Assembly: GCF_965215205.1 (NCBI RefSeq)
Contig: NZ_OZ244049.1
Span: forward strand, 2,436,955 to 2,500,954
Source of the DNA: Ilumatobacter sp.
GTDB lineage: Bacteria; Actinomycetota; Acidimicrobiia; Acidimicrobiales; Ilumatobacteraceae
DNA: 64,000 nt
Direction: 5' to 3'
Position 1 is the stretch's first letter, and the number at the start of each line of letters is the position of its first letter. Of this stretch, positions 39,655 through 50,137 are shown piece after piece. Made by a program: the position numbers and the translations under genes. Under the pieces are notes generated by a model. The model was not told where the DNA came from. It saw only the letters and a program-made list of their open reading frames with translations, and did not search any database.

Positions 39655-42033
39655 TCACCGTCGTTCGTCTCCCCGCTCGACCCGGTCGGTGACGCGACCG
39701 ACGAGCACCACGGCGGCGCCCGCCAGCGACGCGGCGATCGCGACGATCAGCCAGGCGGTGGCGTCGCTCGTCAGGTCGAGCTCGAAGAAGCGGCGTGCGA
39801 GGGGGATCGCCAGCATCGCGGCGTAGCCGAGCCCCATCGCGGCGACGAGCGCCACCTTCCACGCGCTCAGCGGGCGGCTGACGACGGCGAGGACGACGAG
39901 GCCGACCGCGAGGAGGGTGAGGGTGGCGAGGGTGCGCGCCTCGTCCAGATCCACGCCGGACCGGTCGCGGACGAGCTCGTAGGTGGCGAACGTCGCGGCG
40001 CCGGCCGCCGTCCCGGCCGGGAGCGAGAAGCGCAGCACGCGACGCAGGAAGCCGGTGCGCACCCGGTCCTCCTCGGGCGCGAGCGCCAGGAAGAAGCCGG
40101 GGATCCCGATGCTGAACGTCCCGATCAACGTGAGCTGGCGGGGCAGGAACGGGAACGGGGTCCCGATCGCGCCGATGGCGAGGGTGAGCAGGACCGCGTA
40201 CGTCGCCTTCGTCACGAAGAGGTTCGCGACGCGCTCGACGTTGTTGATCACCTTGCGACCCTCGGTGACGACGGTCGGCAGGCTGGCGAACGAGTCGTCG
40301 GTCAGCACCAGGTCCGCGACGGCCCGCGTCGCCTCGCTCCCCGATCCCATCGAGATCCCGAGGTCGGCCTCCTTCAGCGCCAGCACGTCGTTCACCCCGT
40401 CGCCGGTCATCGCGACCACGCGCCCCCGCGACCGCAGCGCCCGGACCATCTCCTGCTTCTGGCGCGGAGCGACGCGCCCGAAGACCGAGCCGGCCTCGAG
40501 GGCGTCGGCGAGCTCGTCGGCGTCCTCGGGCAGGGTGCGGGCGTCGACCCCCTCGATCGGCCGGTCGCCGCTCGCGACGAGCCCGGCGCGCCGGGCGATC
40601 GCCGCCACCGACTCGTGGTTGTCGCCGGAGATGACCTTGACGGTCACCCCCTGCCCGGCGAAGTACTCCAGGATCTCGGGGGCATCGGGTCGGATCTCGT
40701 CCTCGAGCTCGACGATCGCGGCGGGTGCGCTGCCGGCGGGCGCCTCGTCGCCGTCGGGACCCTCGTCGCTGGTCACGAGAGCGAGCAGTCGACGACCGGC
40801 GTCGCCGAGGTCCCCCACGACCTCGCGGGCGGGGTCGTCGTCGGCGAGGAGGAAGTCCGGAGCGCCGACGTAGTACCAGCCGCGGCCGGCGAACGACACC
40901 GCCGACCACTTGCGGGCGCTCGAGAACGGTTCGATCTCCTCCACCGACCACCCCGGGTCCTCGTCGTCGGCGAGCGCGTCGACGATCGCCGCCATCGTCG
41001 GGTTCGGGGTGTCGTCAGCCGCCCCGATCGCGGCGAGCGCGGCCCGGGCCTCGTCGGCCGTGGTCTCGCCGAGGGGGTGGACGTCGACGTAGCGGATCTC
41101 ACCGGTCGTGATGGTGCCGGTCTTGTCGAGGCACAGCACGTCGACGCGGGCGAGCACCTCGACGGTCGTGAGCTGCTTCGCCAGGGCGTTCCGCCGGGTG
41201 AGCTCGAGCATCCCGGCGACGAACGCGAGGCTCGTCAGGAGCACCAGCCCGTCGGGGACCATCGCGACGGCGGCCGCCACCGTGCCCTGCAGCGCCGCCT
41301 GCCAGGTGTCCTCGGCTCGCAGCAGCGACACGAGCAGCAGCGAGCCGGCGACGGGGATGATCACGGTCAACCACCGCAGGATCCGGTCGACGGCGCCACG
41401 CAGCTCGGATTCGGCCTCGTCGAACCGCTTCGCCTCGCCCGCCAGGCCCGCCGCGTAGCTGTCCGCGCCGACGGCCGTGGTCACCGCACGTGCGCTGCCG
41501 GCGACGACGAAGCTGCCCGACATCACGGTGTCACCGGGCTCCTTGCCGACGGGGTCCGACTCCCCGGTCAGCATCGACTCGTCCATCCGCAGTCCGGTGG
41601 CCGTGACGACCTCGCCGTCGACCGACGCCTGCTCGCCCGTCGAGAGCTCGACGAAGTCGCCGTGGACGATGTCGGCGGTGTCGATCTCGACCTTCTCGCC
41701 GGCCCGCACGACCGTGGCCCGGGCGGCGGTGACGACCTCGAGCCGGGCGAGCTCGCGACGGGCCCGCACCTCCTGCACCACCCCGACCACCGAGTTCGAC
41801 ACGACGACGCCCACGAACAACCCGTCGCGCCACTCCCCCGCGACGAGCACGAGCACGAAGAGCACGAGCATGATCGCGTTGACCGGGGTGAGCACGTTGG
41901 CGCTCACGATGGCCGCGAACGACCTCCCGGGCGGCTCGGGGGTGACGTTGACCCGCCCGGCGGCCACCCGCTCGGCGACCTCGTCGTCGTCGAGTCCCTC
42001 GGCTCCGGTGCGAGGGGCGTCGAGCGCGGTCAC
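39655..42033 (-). CDS. P-type cation-transporting ATPase (CtpE-like)
   Basis: LTGES, MVPDGL, DKTGT, VISGDN, MTGDGVNDVLALK. Confidence 0.92.
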   Translation of the reverse strand: MTALDAPRTGAEGLDDDEVAERVAAGRVNVTPEPPGRSFAAIVSANVLTPVNAIMLVLFVLVLVAGEWRDGLFVGVVVSNSVVGVVQEVRARRELARLEVVTAARATVVRAGEKVEIDTADIVHGDFVELSTGEQASVDGEVVTATGLRMDESMLTGESDPVGKEPGDTVMSGSFVVAGSARAVTTAVGADSYAAGLAGEAKRFDEAESELRGAVDRILRWLTVIIPVAGSLLLVSLLRAEDTWQAALQGTVAAAVAMVPDGLVLLTSLAFVAGMLELTRRNALAKQLTTVEVLARVDVLCLDKTGTITTGEIRYVDVHPLGETTADEARAALAAIGAADDTPNPTMAAIVDALADDEDPGWSVEEIEPFSSARKWSAVSFAGRGWYYVGAPDFLLADDDPAREVVGDLGDAGRRLLALVTSDEGPDGDEAPAGSAPAAIVELEDEIRPDAPEILEYFAGQGVTVKVISGDNHESVAAIARRAGLVASGDRPIEGVDARTLPEDADELADALEAGSVFGRVAPRQKQEMVRALRSRGRVVAMTGDGVNDVLALKEADLGISMGSGSEATRAVADLVLTDDSFASLPTVVTEGRKVINNVERVANLFVTKATYAVLLTLAIGAIGTPFPFLPRQLTLIGTFSIGIPGFFLALAPEEDRVRTGFLRRVLRFSLPAGTAAGAATFATYELVRDRSGVDLDEARTLATLTLLAVGLVVLAVVSRPLSAWKVALVAAMGLGYAAMLAIPLARRFFELDLTSDATAWLIVAIAASLAGAAVVLVGRVTDRVERGDERR

Positions 42034-42130
42034 CCGGCCAGTGAACAGGGGGGTCGACGCGTCCGTGGCGTGACGGGCGCGACCGTGCGGGCTCGAACCC
42101 CTGCGCGCACCCGTCTGCCGGCGGTGGGGG

Positions 42131-42979
42131 TCACTCGCCGGTGAAGGTGGGTGATCGCTTCTCGACGAACGTCGCGGCCGCCTCGCGGTGGTCGGCCGTC
42201 GACATGGTGAGGACCATGTTCTCGGCCTCGGCGTCGAGCGCCTCGGCCAGATCGCTCGTGATCGCCCGGTTCAGGTTCTCCTTCATCTTCGCGATCGCGA
42301 TCGGGGCGCGCTCGGCGAGACCGCGGCACCAGTCCAGCGCCGCCTCGCCGAAGGCGTCGTCGGGCAGCACCTGGTTGACGATCCCGAGCTGGGCGGCCTC
42401 GGCCGCCGTGAGGCGCGGCGAGGTGAAGTAGAGCTCCTTGGCCTTGGCGGACCCGACGAGGTGGGTGAGGAACCACGATCCGCCGAAGTCGCCGGACGCG
42501 CCGACGTTCGCGAAGGCGGTCACGATCACCGCGCGCTCCGCGGCGATCCGCAGGTCGGCGGCGAGCGCGATCGACAGCCCGGCACCGGCGGCCGCTCCCG
42601 GGAGCGCGGCCACGACCGGCTTCGCGAACCGGTGGATCGCGAGCGACGTCTGGTCGTGGAGGCCGCGCAGCTGCTCGACGGCGGTGGATCGATCGTCGGA
42701 TCGGCCCGCGCGGGGACGCCCCGACGTGTGCGACTCGTTCATCCCCTTGACGTCACCACCGGCGCAGAACGCCCCTTCGGCGCCGGTGATCATGACGACG
42801 CGCACCTCGTCGTCCGACTCGAACGCCGTCAGGGCGGCGCCGATCCCTGCGTACATCGCGTTCGACAGTGCGTTGCGACGCTCGGGCCGGTTGAAGGTGA
42901 TGACACCGACCCGCCCGTCGACGTGGGCGAGCAGGTCGTCGGTGCCGGTGTCGATGCGCTCGTGCGCGGTGTCGGTCAT
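42131..42979 (-). CDS. Enoyl-CoA hydratase/isomerase family protein
   Basis: ITFNRPERRNAL, AFCAGGDV, GAAAGAG, GDFGGSW, DHREAAATFVEKRSP. Confidence 0.9.
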   Translation of the reverse strand: MTDTAHERIDTGTDDLLAHVDGRVGVITFNRPERRNALSNAMYAGIGAALTAFESDDEVRVVMITGAEGAFCAGGDVKGMNESHTSGRPRAGRSDDRSTAVEQLRGLHDQTSLAIHRFAKPVVAALPGAAAGAGLSIALAADLRIAAERAVIVTAFANVGASGDFGGSWFLTHLVGSAKAKELYFTSPRLTAAEAAQLGIVNQVLPDDAFGEAALDWCRGLAERAPIAIAKMKENLNRAITSDLAEALDAEAENMVLTMSTADHREAAATFVEKRSPTFTGE

Positions 42980-43129
42980 CGGCTCATCGTGGCAGTCGAC
43001 CGGGGGCCCGATCGAAGCGTCGGCGTGCGGGCCTGCCGGCCCCGCCGGGTCGGGGCGGCACGACGGAGGTGACACGTGCCGTTCGGGTCGACCCGAGGCG
43101 GGGCGCCGGGTGTGGCTACCGTCGCCGCC

Positions 43130-44938
43130 ATGACGGTCCAGGAACTCGGATTCGACCCCGACGAGCTGCGCGAGCGCTACCGCGCCGAGCGCGACAAGCG
43201 GGTCCGGCGCGACGGGAACGAGCAGTACATCGAGGTGGTCGGCGACTACTCCTCCTTCGTCGACGACCCGTACCTCGACGAGGTCATCGAGCGCGAGCCG
43301 CTGACCGACGAGACCGACGTGATCGTGGTGGGCGGCGGTTTCGGCGGGCTCCTCGCCGGCGCCCACCTGCGCCGGCACGGCGTCGGCGACGTCCGGATCA
43401 TCGAGAAGGGCGGCGACTTCGGCGGCACGTGGTACTGGAACCGCTACCCGGGCGCGATGTGCGACGTCGAGTCGTACGTCTACCTCCCGCTGCTCGAGGA
43501 GCTCGACTACGTGCCGAGCGAGAAGTACGTCCGCGCGGCGGAGATCCTCGCCCACAGCCGGGCGATCGGCGAGCACTTCGACCTGTACGAGAACGCCTGC
43601 TTCCAGACCGAGGTCACGGGCATCGCGTGGGACGCCGACTCGTCGCGGTGGATCGTGTCGACGTCGCGGGGCGACGCGATGCGTGCGCGCTTCGTCGTGA
43701 TGGCGAACGGGCCGCTCCACCGACCGAAGCTGCCGGGGATCCCGGGGATCAACGAGTTCACGGGCCACACCTTCCACACCAGTCGCTGGGACTACGACTA
43801 CACCGGCGGCGGCCCGCAGGGCGGCCTGACCGGCCTGGCCGGCAAGCGGGTCGGCATCATCGGCACCGGAGCGACGGCGGTGCAGTGCGTCCCCCACCTC
43901 GCCGAGGGCGCCGAGAGCCTGGTCGTGTTCCAGCGCACCCCGTCGTCGATCGACGTGCGGAACAACCGCCCGACCGACCCGGAGTGGGCGGCGTCGCTCG
44001 AGCCCGGCTGGCAGACCGAGCGGATGGAGAACTTCAACGCGCTCGTGACGGGGCAGCCCCAGCCGGTCGACCTGGTCGACGACGGCTGGACCGACATCAT
44101 CGGCAAGCTGCTCGTCCGGCTGCAGAAGCAGGGCGACGACGCGGACGTGTCGGCGGACGGGATCGGCCGCTCGATGGAGCTCGCCGACTTCGAGAAGATG
44201 GAGGAGGTCCGGCGACGGGCCCAGGAGATCGTCGACGATCCGGACACGGCGGAGTCGCTCAAGCCGTGGTACCGCCAGTTCTGCAAGCGGCCCTGCTTCC
44301 ACGACGAGTACCTCGACGCCTACAACCGGCCGAACGTGACGCTCGTCGACACCGATGGGCAGGGCGTCGAGCGGGTGACCGAGCGCGGCATCGTCGCGAA
44401 CGGGGTCGAGCACGAGCTCGACTGCGTCGTCTTCGCCACCGGCTTCGAGGTCGGGACCGACTACTCGCGGCGCGCCGGCTACGACGTGACGGGCCGCTCC
44501 GGCACCACGCTGTCGGAGAGGTGGGCCGACGGGATGACGAGCCTGCACGGCATGTTCGTGCACGAGTTCCCGAACCTGGCGGTGATGAGCCCGGGCCAGG
44601 CCGGCTTCACCGTGAGCTTCCCCCACCTGCTCGCCGAGCAGGCCGCCCACATCGCCCACGTCGTCGACCACCTCCTCGATCTCCCCGACGAGACGGCCAC
44701 CGTCGAGGTCACCGCCGAGGCCGAGCAGGAGTGGGTCGACACCGTGATCGACAAGGCGCGCATCTCGTTGCCGTTCCTCGAGTCGTGCACCCCCGGCTAC
44801 TACAACAACGAGGGCCAGCCCGAGAAGCGCGCGGCGCAGAACACCTCGTACGGCGGCGGCTCGATCGAGTACTTCGGCATCCTCGCCGACTGGCGTGACG
44901 ACGGGGGCTTCCCCGGTCTCGAGTTCGCCGATCGCTGA
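43130..44938 (+). CDS. Baeyer-Villiger monooxygenase (type I flavin monooxygenase)
   Basis: [35 protein letters not shown] fingerprint, [13 protein letters not shown]; TACCGT 7 nt before the ATG. Confidence 0.93.
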   Translation: MTVQELGFDPDELRERYRAERDKRVRRDGNEQYIEVVGDYSSFVDDPYLDEVIEREPLTDETDVIVVGGGFGGLLAGAHLRRHGVGDVRIIEKGGDFGGTWYWNRYPGAMCDVESYVYLPLLEELDYVPSEKYVRAAEILAHSRAIGEHFDLYENACFQTEVTGIAWDADSSRWIVSTSRGDAMRARFVVMANGPLHRPKLPGIPGINEFTGHTFHTSRWDYDYTGGGPQGGLTGLAGKRVGIIGTGATAVQCVPHLAEGAESLVVFQRTPSSIDVRNNRPTDPEWAASLEPGWQTERMENFNALVTGQPQPVDLVDDGWTDIIGKLLVRLQKQGDDADVSADGIGRSMELADFEKMEEVRRRAQEIVDDPDTAESLKPWYRQFCKRPCFHDEYLDAYNRPNVTLVDTDGQGVERVTERGIVANGVEHELDCVVFATGFEVGTDYSRRAGYDVTGRSGTTLSERWADGMTSLHGMFVHEFPNLAVMSPGQAGFTVSFPHLLAEQAAHIAHVVDHLLDLPDETATVEVTAEAEQEWVDTVIDKARISLPFLESCTPGYYNNEGQPEKRAAQNTSYGGGSIEYFGILADWRDDGGFPGLEFADR

Positions 44939-45017
44939 CGTCCGCCGTCGCTGCGCCCCTCGGGCTCGAGCCGGCCTCCGCCGATGTCATCTCGTCGCGA
45001 ACCGGGACGTCGCCCGC

Positions 45018-45374
45018 TCAGATCGGGGTGCCGTCGACCGTGATCTCGGCACGGTCGGCGAAGAAGGCGACGTGGCCCTCGATCTCCTCGGCACCTTCCT
45101 TCGGCTGCTCGTAGCTCCACGCGATCGCGTCGTGGGTCCGGCCGCCCGCGTCGATGGTCCAGTACGAGGCATCGCCCTTGAACGGGCAGTGCGTGCTCAG
45201 CTCGATCGGGCGGGCCTCCGCGACGAGATCGGACTTCGGGAGGTAGTAGGCGGTCGGGAGACCGGTCTCCTCGAGCAGGATCGGCCGCTCGGACTCGGCG
45301 ACCACGTCACCGTCGAGGCGGACCTCGACGGTGACGTTCTCGGCGTGCGTGCTGATCGTGTGTCCCTGGGTCAT
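45018..45374 (-). CDS. DUF427 (nucleotidyltransferase-like) protein
   Basis: LEETGLPTAYYLP, HCPFKGDASYW, AWSYEQP, GHVAFF. Confidence 0.85.
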   Translation of the reverse strand: MTQGHTISTHAENVTVEVRLDGDVVAESERPILLEETGLPTAYYLPKSDLVAEARPIELSTHCPFKGDASYWTIDAGGRTHDAIAWSYEQPKEGAEEIEGHVAFFADRAEITVDGTPI

Positions 45375-45629
45375 GTCCGGTGCAACGCCGAGCGCGTCGT
45401 CTGCATTCCATCTCGGCGTCTGAACTCCTCTCGGCGTGGCGGTCCACGACGGGCCGCGCGCGTTCGCGCCGGTGTCGACGACTGTCACCGTGACGTCGCG
45501 GATCATCCCAGCCGCTCGGATCGACGCGGTCGCGAACGTGGTTGTGCGACCGACACGATCACGCCCGGGCCGTCGCCGTGGAGCCCGATGGCGCCGACCA
45601 CCACCACCGGACGGCCACGACGGCGGCGC

Positions 45630-45765
45630 CGACGACCGCTCCCCGCACCACCGTCGCCCCGTCCTGGCGCACGACGAGCAGCTCGCCGGCGCCCTGGTAG
45701 AGCGTGCGGACGTGGATGGAGGACTCGGAGCCGAGCGCCTCGACCACGGCCACCTCACCGGGACA
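45630..45765 (-). pseudogene. Orphan fragment resembling the C-terminal TOBE/OB domain of a sugar ABC ATPase
   Basis: PGEVAVVEALGSESSIHVRT...LLVVRQDG; no ATPase domain upstream; abuts the att repeat. Confidence 0.4.
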
Positions 45766-45802
45766 CCACCCGGCCTCGGACCGACGGATCGATCGCGTGC
45801 AC

Positions 45803-45849
45803 CGTGGTCGGGGTGGGGAGATTCGAACTCCCGGCCTCCTGCTCCCAAA
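45803..45849 (-). repeat. att-site direct repeat (47 bp copy of the tRNA-Pro 3' part)
   Basis: cgtggtcggggtggggagattcgaactcccggcctcctgctcccaaa is identical to 52617-52663. Confidence 0.95.
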
Positions 45850-46036
45850 TCTGGAAATGGAGGTGCTTCAGGTAACGCCGTTTAGTGCCGAATCTCGTCG
45901 ATTTCTGGCGAGCTAGCTGGGGTGATGCGCGAACTGGTTGAGAATCGCCGGACAAGGCGTCACGTGCCAGTGCACGCCGGATTAATACATCAGCGTTACC
46001 GACGGGCGCCGACGGTGCGGCAGAACCAAGCGATGG

Positions 46037-46527
46037 TCAAAAGGGTTCCTCGTCACTATATGCCGGGTCTGGCGCCTTCTTCTGAGGAATGAGGTACACG
46101 GTCTCGGAGAAGTCGTCATACGCGTAACGGGACGTCCGAGCGAAACGCTGACCCACACTCACATCGCTACTTAGCACGCCGTCGAACACAGCCATCCGCT
46201 GGCCAACCGGCAACGCAACGAACGCTGACCATTCGTCAGCGAGTCGGCGAAATCGCGTGATGCTCATCTGCCCAAGCCGCAGCTCGTCGGCGGTTCGGAG
46301 AAGTACGCGGGTCATCTGTTGCGACCCCTCGTCGGCGGGAGTCTCGTGGACCTCCTCGACACCCGCTCGCTCTAGGAGTTCGTCCCATGCGATGGCCTGC
46401 TCAACGGCTCCTCTGAGGTCGCTAGCGTTCAGACTCCTTAGGACCTCAAGTAGCAATCGAAACTGTATAACGGACCGAGCAACATCCCGCGATGTTGTAT
46501 CGCCCATTGACGAGAGGATGGCAACCT
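46037..46527 (-). pseudogene. 3' part of the DUF4062 gene, cut off by ISL3
   Basis: Reading KVAILSSMGDTTSR...YSDEEPF-stop joins in frame with the 5' part once the IS and one TSD copy are removed. Confidence 0.85.
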
Positions 46528-46535
46528 TCAAATCC

Positions 46536-47948
46536 GGCTCTACGCGGCTGAGCGTGGTGGGTGGCTTCGCAGTCGTGCGGTGGGGTGAGTGTGCCAGTCG
46601 ACGCCTGCGTGGAGCAAGAGGCGGAGTCGGTAGTTGTCGAAGCTGGCGAAGCCGTGGCCGACTCGTTTGATCTTCTTGATCAGCAAGTTGATGCCCTCGG
46701 TCGGCCCGTTGGAGAGTCCGCCGGTGGTGTGGAACGCGAGGATCTCGGTCTCCCACGAACTGATTGTCTTGGCGAGGCGGACGAGTTCGCCGACCTCGGC
46801 GTCAGCCACGAACGTGTAGAAGACGTGGAGTCGTTGGCGGGCCTCAGCGAGGGTGCCGGCGGTGTAGATCTCCCGAACGAGTTCCTTGCCCAGCCAGGCT
46901 GCTCCGACCTCGCCGTAGCGGTCACCGACCAGTCCCGCCTCGACGCGTTCGAGCTGGCGTTCGGTGAGGCGTTCGTAGCCGCGTAGCAACAGTCGGCGAA
47001 TGCCGTAGAGCGGATCACCGGTGCGGCCTCGGTGCCCGAGGGTGTCTTGTTGCACCCGTCTGCGCACGTCGTCAACAGCGCGGTTGGCGAGCCCGACAGC
47101 ATGGAACCGGTCGACAACGACGACCACGTCGGGCAAGGTCGCGGTGAGCCCGTTGGCGTAACCGCGGTGCGGATCGAGAGCGACCTGGTCGATCCCGGCC
47201 AGCCAACCAGCGGGTTGTTGTGCGAGCCAGGAATCAACAGCAGCACCGGTCCGGTCCAACACGACGTCGAGGAGTCGCGGTCGGGCGAGGTCGACGAAAC
47301 CAGTGATGTAGCTCGTGTGACCGCGATGCTTCGATGGCCGCTGGAACGCTGTCTCGTCCAGGCCGAGCTTGGTGACATGGCCGATTCGATCGGGGTCGTT
47401 GACGAGGCGTCGGCCGTGCACGTTGACGGCGTTCATCGCGCACGCCCAGCCGACACCGAAGTCGCGGCCGACCGCCGCGACCGAGTCGCCGTCCTCGCCG
47501 ACCCGGCGACAGATCTCGAACCCGGCCCGCTCGGTCAGCGACGCCCGAGACGCGATCGCGTCGAGGGTCTCGGTCCACGTCACCGTCGCACACAGCGGCT
47601 CGCGGCAGCGCCAGATCCGCTTCACCCAAACGAGCACCGTCGCTCGTCCCCACGTCGCCAGATCGCGCACCCTGACACGCCGACGGCCGTGCGCTTTCGC
47701 GATCACTCCGCACGAGCGGCACCCGACCCGGTCGTTGGTTGTCTCGATCGTGATCGTCACCTCGACGCCGACCTCGACAGCGCAGATCCGCACACCAATC
47801 AGCCCGAGCAGCGCGTCCGCGTTGCTACCTTCAATCATCCCGTGGTCTCCTCGTCTCGCAGTTGTGGAAGACCGCAAGACTTGCGAGGCCACGGGACCTC
47901 AACAGTGGATGCTCAAGAAACCACCACCACGCTCAAGCGCGAAGAGCC
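46536..47948 (-). mobile_element. ISL3-family insertion sequence, apparently intact
   Basis: Imperfect terminal IRs (ggctctacgcggctgagcgtggtgg / ggctcttcgcgcttgagcgtggtgg); 8-bp TSD tcaaatcc at 46528-46535 and 47949-47956. Confidence 0.93.
46540..47838 (-). CDS. ISL3 family transposase
   Basis: CRSC Zn finger, LGLDETAF, VALDPHRGY, VDRFHAV, SNGPTEGINLLIKKIKRVGHGFASFDNYRLRLLL. Confidence 0.93.
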   Translation of the reverse strand: MIEGSNADALLGLIGVRICAVEVGVEVTITIETTNDRVGCRSCGVIAKAHGRRRVRVRDLATWGRATVLVWVKRIWRCREPLCATVTWTETLDAIASRASLTERAGFEICRRVGEDGDSVAAVGRDFGVGWACAMNAVNVHGRRLVNDPDRIGHVTKLGLDETAFQRPSKHRGHTSYITGFVDLARPRLLDVVLDRTGAAVDSWLAQQPAGWLAGIDQVALDPHRGYANGLTATLPDVVVVVDRFHAVGLANRAVDDVRRRVQQDTLGHRGRTGDPLYGIRRLLLRGYERLTERQLERVEAGLVGDRYGEVGAAWLGKELVREIYTAGTLAEARQRLHVFYTFVADAEVGELVRLAKTISSWETEILAFHTTGGLSNGPTEGINLLIKKIKRVGHGFASFDNYRLRLLLHAGVDWHTHPTARLRSHPPRSAA

Positions 47949-48630
47949 TCAAATCCTCGAGCTGCTCCGACAGAGTGTCAACCCGGTGCGTCCGCTGGGA
48001 AGACTGCCGAGACTCGGCGAGCAATCGTTTAAACAATGAAGCCCATTGCCGCTTGAGTGTCGCTTCAATCTCCTCGATCCGAGAGAAGGGGAAGATTGCG
48101 TTATTAACGACGCGAGCATTCAGGAAGTCCAGAAACGTAAAGATATACCGGGCGAACTCAGGTTGCGATATCGATGCGAAATCAATGTCATCTGCAAACG
48201 ATTTATCACGGTTGGCAATGTAGGTTGCATGATCGTGGAGCACACGCTCCTCAACGAACGAGAAGACCGGCAACCCGTCTTGCACGGCCTTTAGCAGCTC
48301 AATCTGAGTGATGGAGACTTGAGATCCACCGATCGCATCGATTGCTCCGCCTCCTTCGAATCTTTCAAGTAGATCGTCGTCGATTTGCGCAAGGGCTGAC
48401 GGATTGGCCACGCTGCCAAATCGCGAACCAACGATCAGAACCATCGCGTCACATGAGGCAAGCTCTTTCAGGCAGCTTGATTGTGCGTTGTCCCGAGGAT
48501 CGTAAAGAATGTCGGCGTACTCGCTTAGGACTGGTTCGTACGATAGTGAGAGTATGGCCGACCTCAACTGTCCGCGAGCATGTCCGAGGTCATACGCGGT
48601 CGAAGAAACGAAGACTCGGGGCGCCGCCAT
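47949..48630 (-). pseudogene. 5' part of a DUF4062 (TIR-like) domain gene interrupted by ISL3
   Basis: PRVFVSSTAYDL, CLKELASCDAMVLIVGSRFGS, SITQIELLKAVQDGLPVF; native frame ends at ...EQLEDL at the TSD. Confidence 0.85.
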
Positions 48631-48744
48631 CGGTTCAACGATAGCCCTGAAGAGTTCTTCTTGTGCATCAGAACACTGGTTGTCTGCTGCCGGACGACGT
48701 CAGCGACATCAACCCACTACATCCACCCCTGTGCGTAGCAAACG

Positions 48745-50023
48745 ACACCCGCCGATTCGAAGTGGACACTTGATTCTGGGGATGACCCCTCAGAGGAAGG
48801 AGGCCCGGATGGGTCGTCCAGCGAAGTATCCAGCAGAGTTCCGATGCGAAGCGTTGGCGCTCGTGAAGTCATCAGGCCGACCAATCGCGGAGGTCGCGAG
48901 ATCTCTGTCGATCGCGGAGGGCACCTTGTGGAATTGGGTGAGAGCCGATCGAGACAGTCCGAGCGTGATGCCGACCCCGACGCATTGTCTGAGTCCGAAC
49001 GCGCCGAGCTGAAGCGGCTCCGCAAGGAGAACGTGCAGCTCGCGACTGACATGGAGATCCTGCGCAAGGCTGCAGCGCCTTTCGCGAGGAGACGAACAGG
49101 TGACCGGCTTCCGGTTCGTCGACGATCACCAAGCCGGCCACCGCACCGTCGACCTGTGCCGCATCGCTGGTGTCGCGAGGTCGAGCTACTACGCGTGGCG
49201 CACCCGAACACCGTGCGCCCGCCAGCGAGCCAACGCCGAGTTACTGATCGAGATTCGCGAGAACCACGAACAATCGCGACGCACGTATGGGGCGCCCCGG
49301 GTCACGGGCCAGTTGCGGCGACGAGGCCATCGTGTCGGCCACAACCGCGTGGCTCGGCTGATGGCCGACAACCACCTGGTCGGAGCGCACGCACGCCAAA
49401 AGTTTCGGCGCGGCCGGCACCCCAAGATCGTGCCGGCCCCCGATCTGTTGCAACGCGACTTCACCGCGGAGCGGCCCGACACTCGATGGGTTGCGGACGT
49501 CTCGGAGTTCACGTGCTGGGACGGAAAGCTCTATCTCGCCGGGATCCGTGACCTCCACGACCACACCCTCGTCGGCTGGTCGATGGACGAACGCCAGACC
49601 ACCGACCTCGTCATCGCTGCGTTGGTGATGGCGCTCGGACGCCACAACACCGGCCGCGATCTCGTTCACCACGCCGACCACGGGACCCACGGCGGATTCC
49701 ACTACACGTCGCTCAAGTTCACCAACCGACGCCACGACTGGGGCCTTATCGGCAGCTACGGATCGGTCGGTGACTGCTACGACAACTCCGCCATCGAGGG
49801 CTACTGGGCGACGATGAAGACCGAGATCCGCCACATCTGGGGACCTTTCGGTGAGCGCACCCGATCCGAGGTACGCACGATCCTGTTCGACTACATCGAG
49901 ACGTTCTACAACCGCACCCGACACAACAAGCCCTCGGCCACCGCGCCCCCGCCGAGGTCTACGCTCACGCCCAGACCGGCTGATCAGCCGGGACCCCGTG
50001 TCCATCAGAACGGGTCAACTCCA
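48745..50023 (+). mobile_element. Degenerate IS3-family element (orfA and orfB frameshifted)
   Basis: orfA from 48809 (MGRPAKYPAEFR...LWNWVR / ERAELKRLRKEN, split across frames); orfB from 49100 (RTYGAPRV, WVADVSEF, DHG, GDCYDNSAIEG, YIETFYNRTRH, then frameshift); right end gtgtccatcagaacgggtcaactcca; left IR only partial. Confidence 0.85.
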
Positions 50024-50137
50024 CGAACCCCGAACTCCCACTCCCGCAGCTGCTCGGTCTACCTTCAGGCGGTTGAGACCACAACAGTCGGTATTCGACG
50101 GAGACGCGGGTGGGCGCAGCTGAGCCTCTCGGCGGCG

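Noticed and set aside
42070-42120. GGGTTCGAGCCC T-loop-like motif on the minus strand upstream of the P-type ATPase
   Set aside because: No acceptor, D or anticodon arms can be formed; not a tRNA or att remnant.
42131-44671. 846-aa ORF appearing to fuse something to enoyl-CoA hydratase
   Set aside because: The upstream part is the antisense of the BVMO gene; the real gene starts at 42979.
45755-45955. 66-aa ORF across the att repeat as a possible excisionase
   Set aside because: No HTH-like pattern, and it reads through the tRNA-derived repeat; likely spurious.
47899-47948. C-terminus RLFALERGGGFLSIHC of the 243-aa DUF4062 ORF
   Set aside because: This is read-through into the ISL3 terminal repeat, not native sequence.
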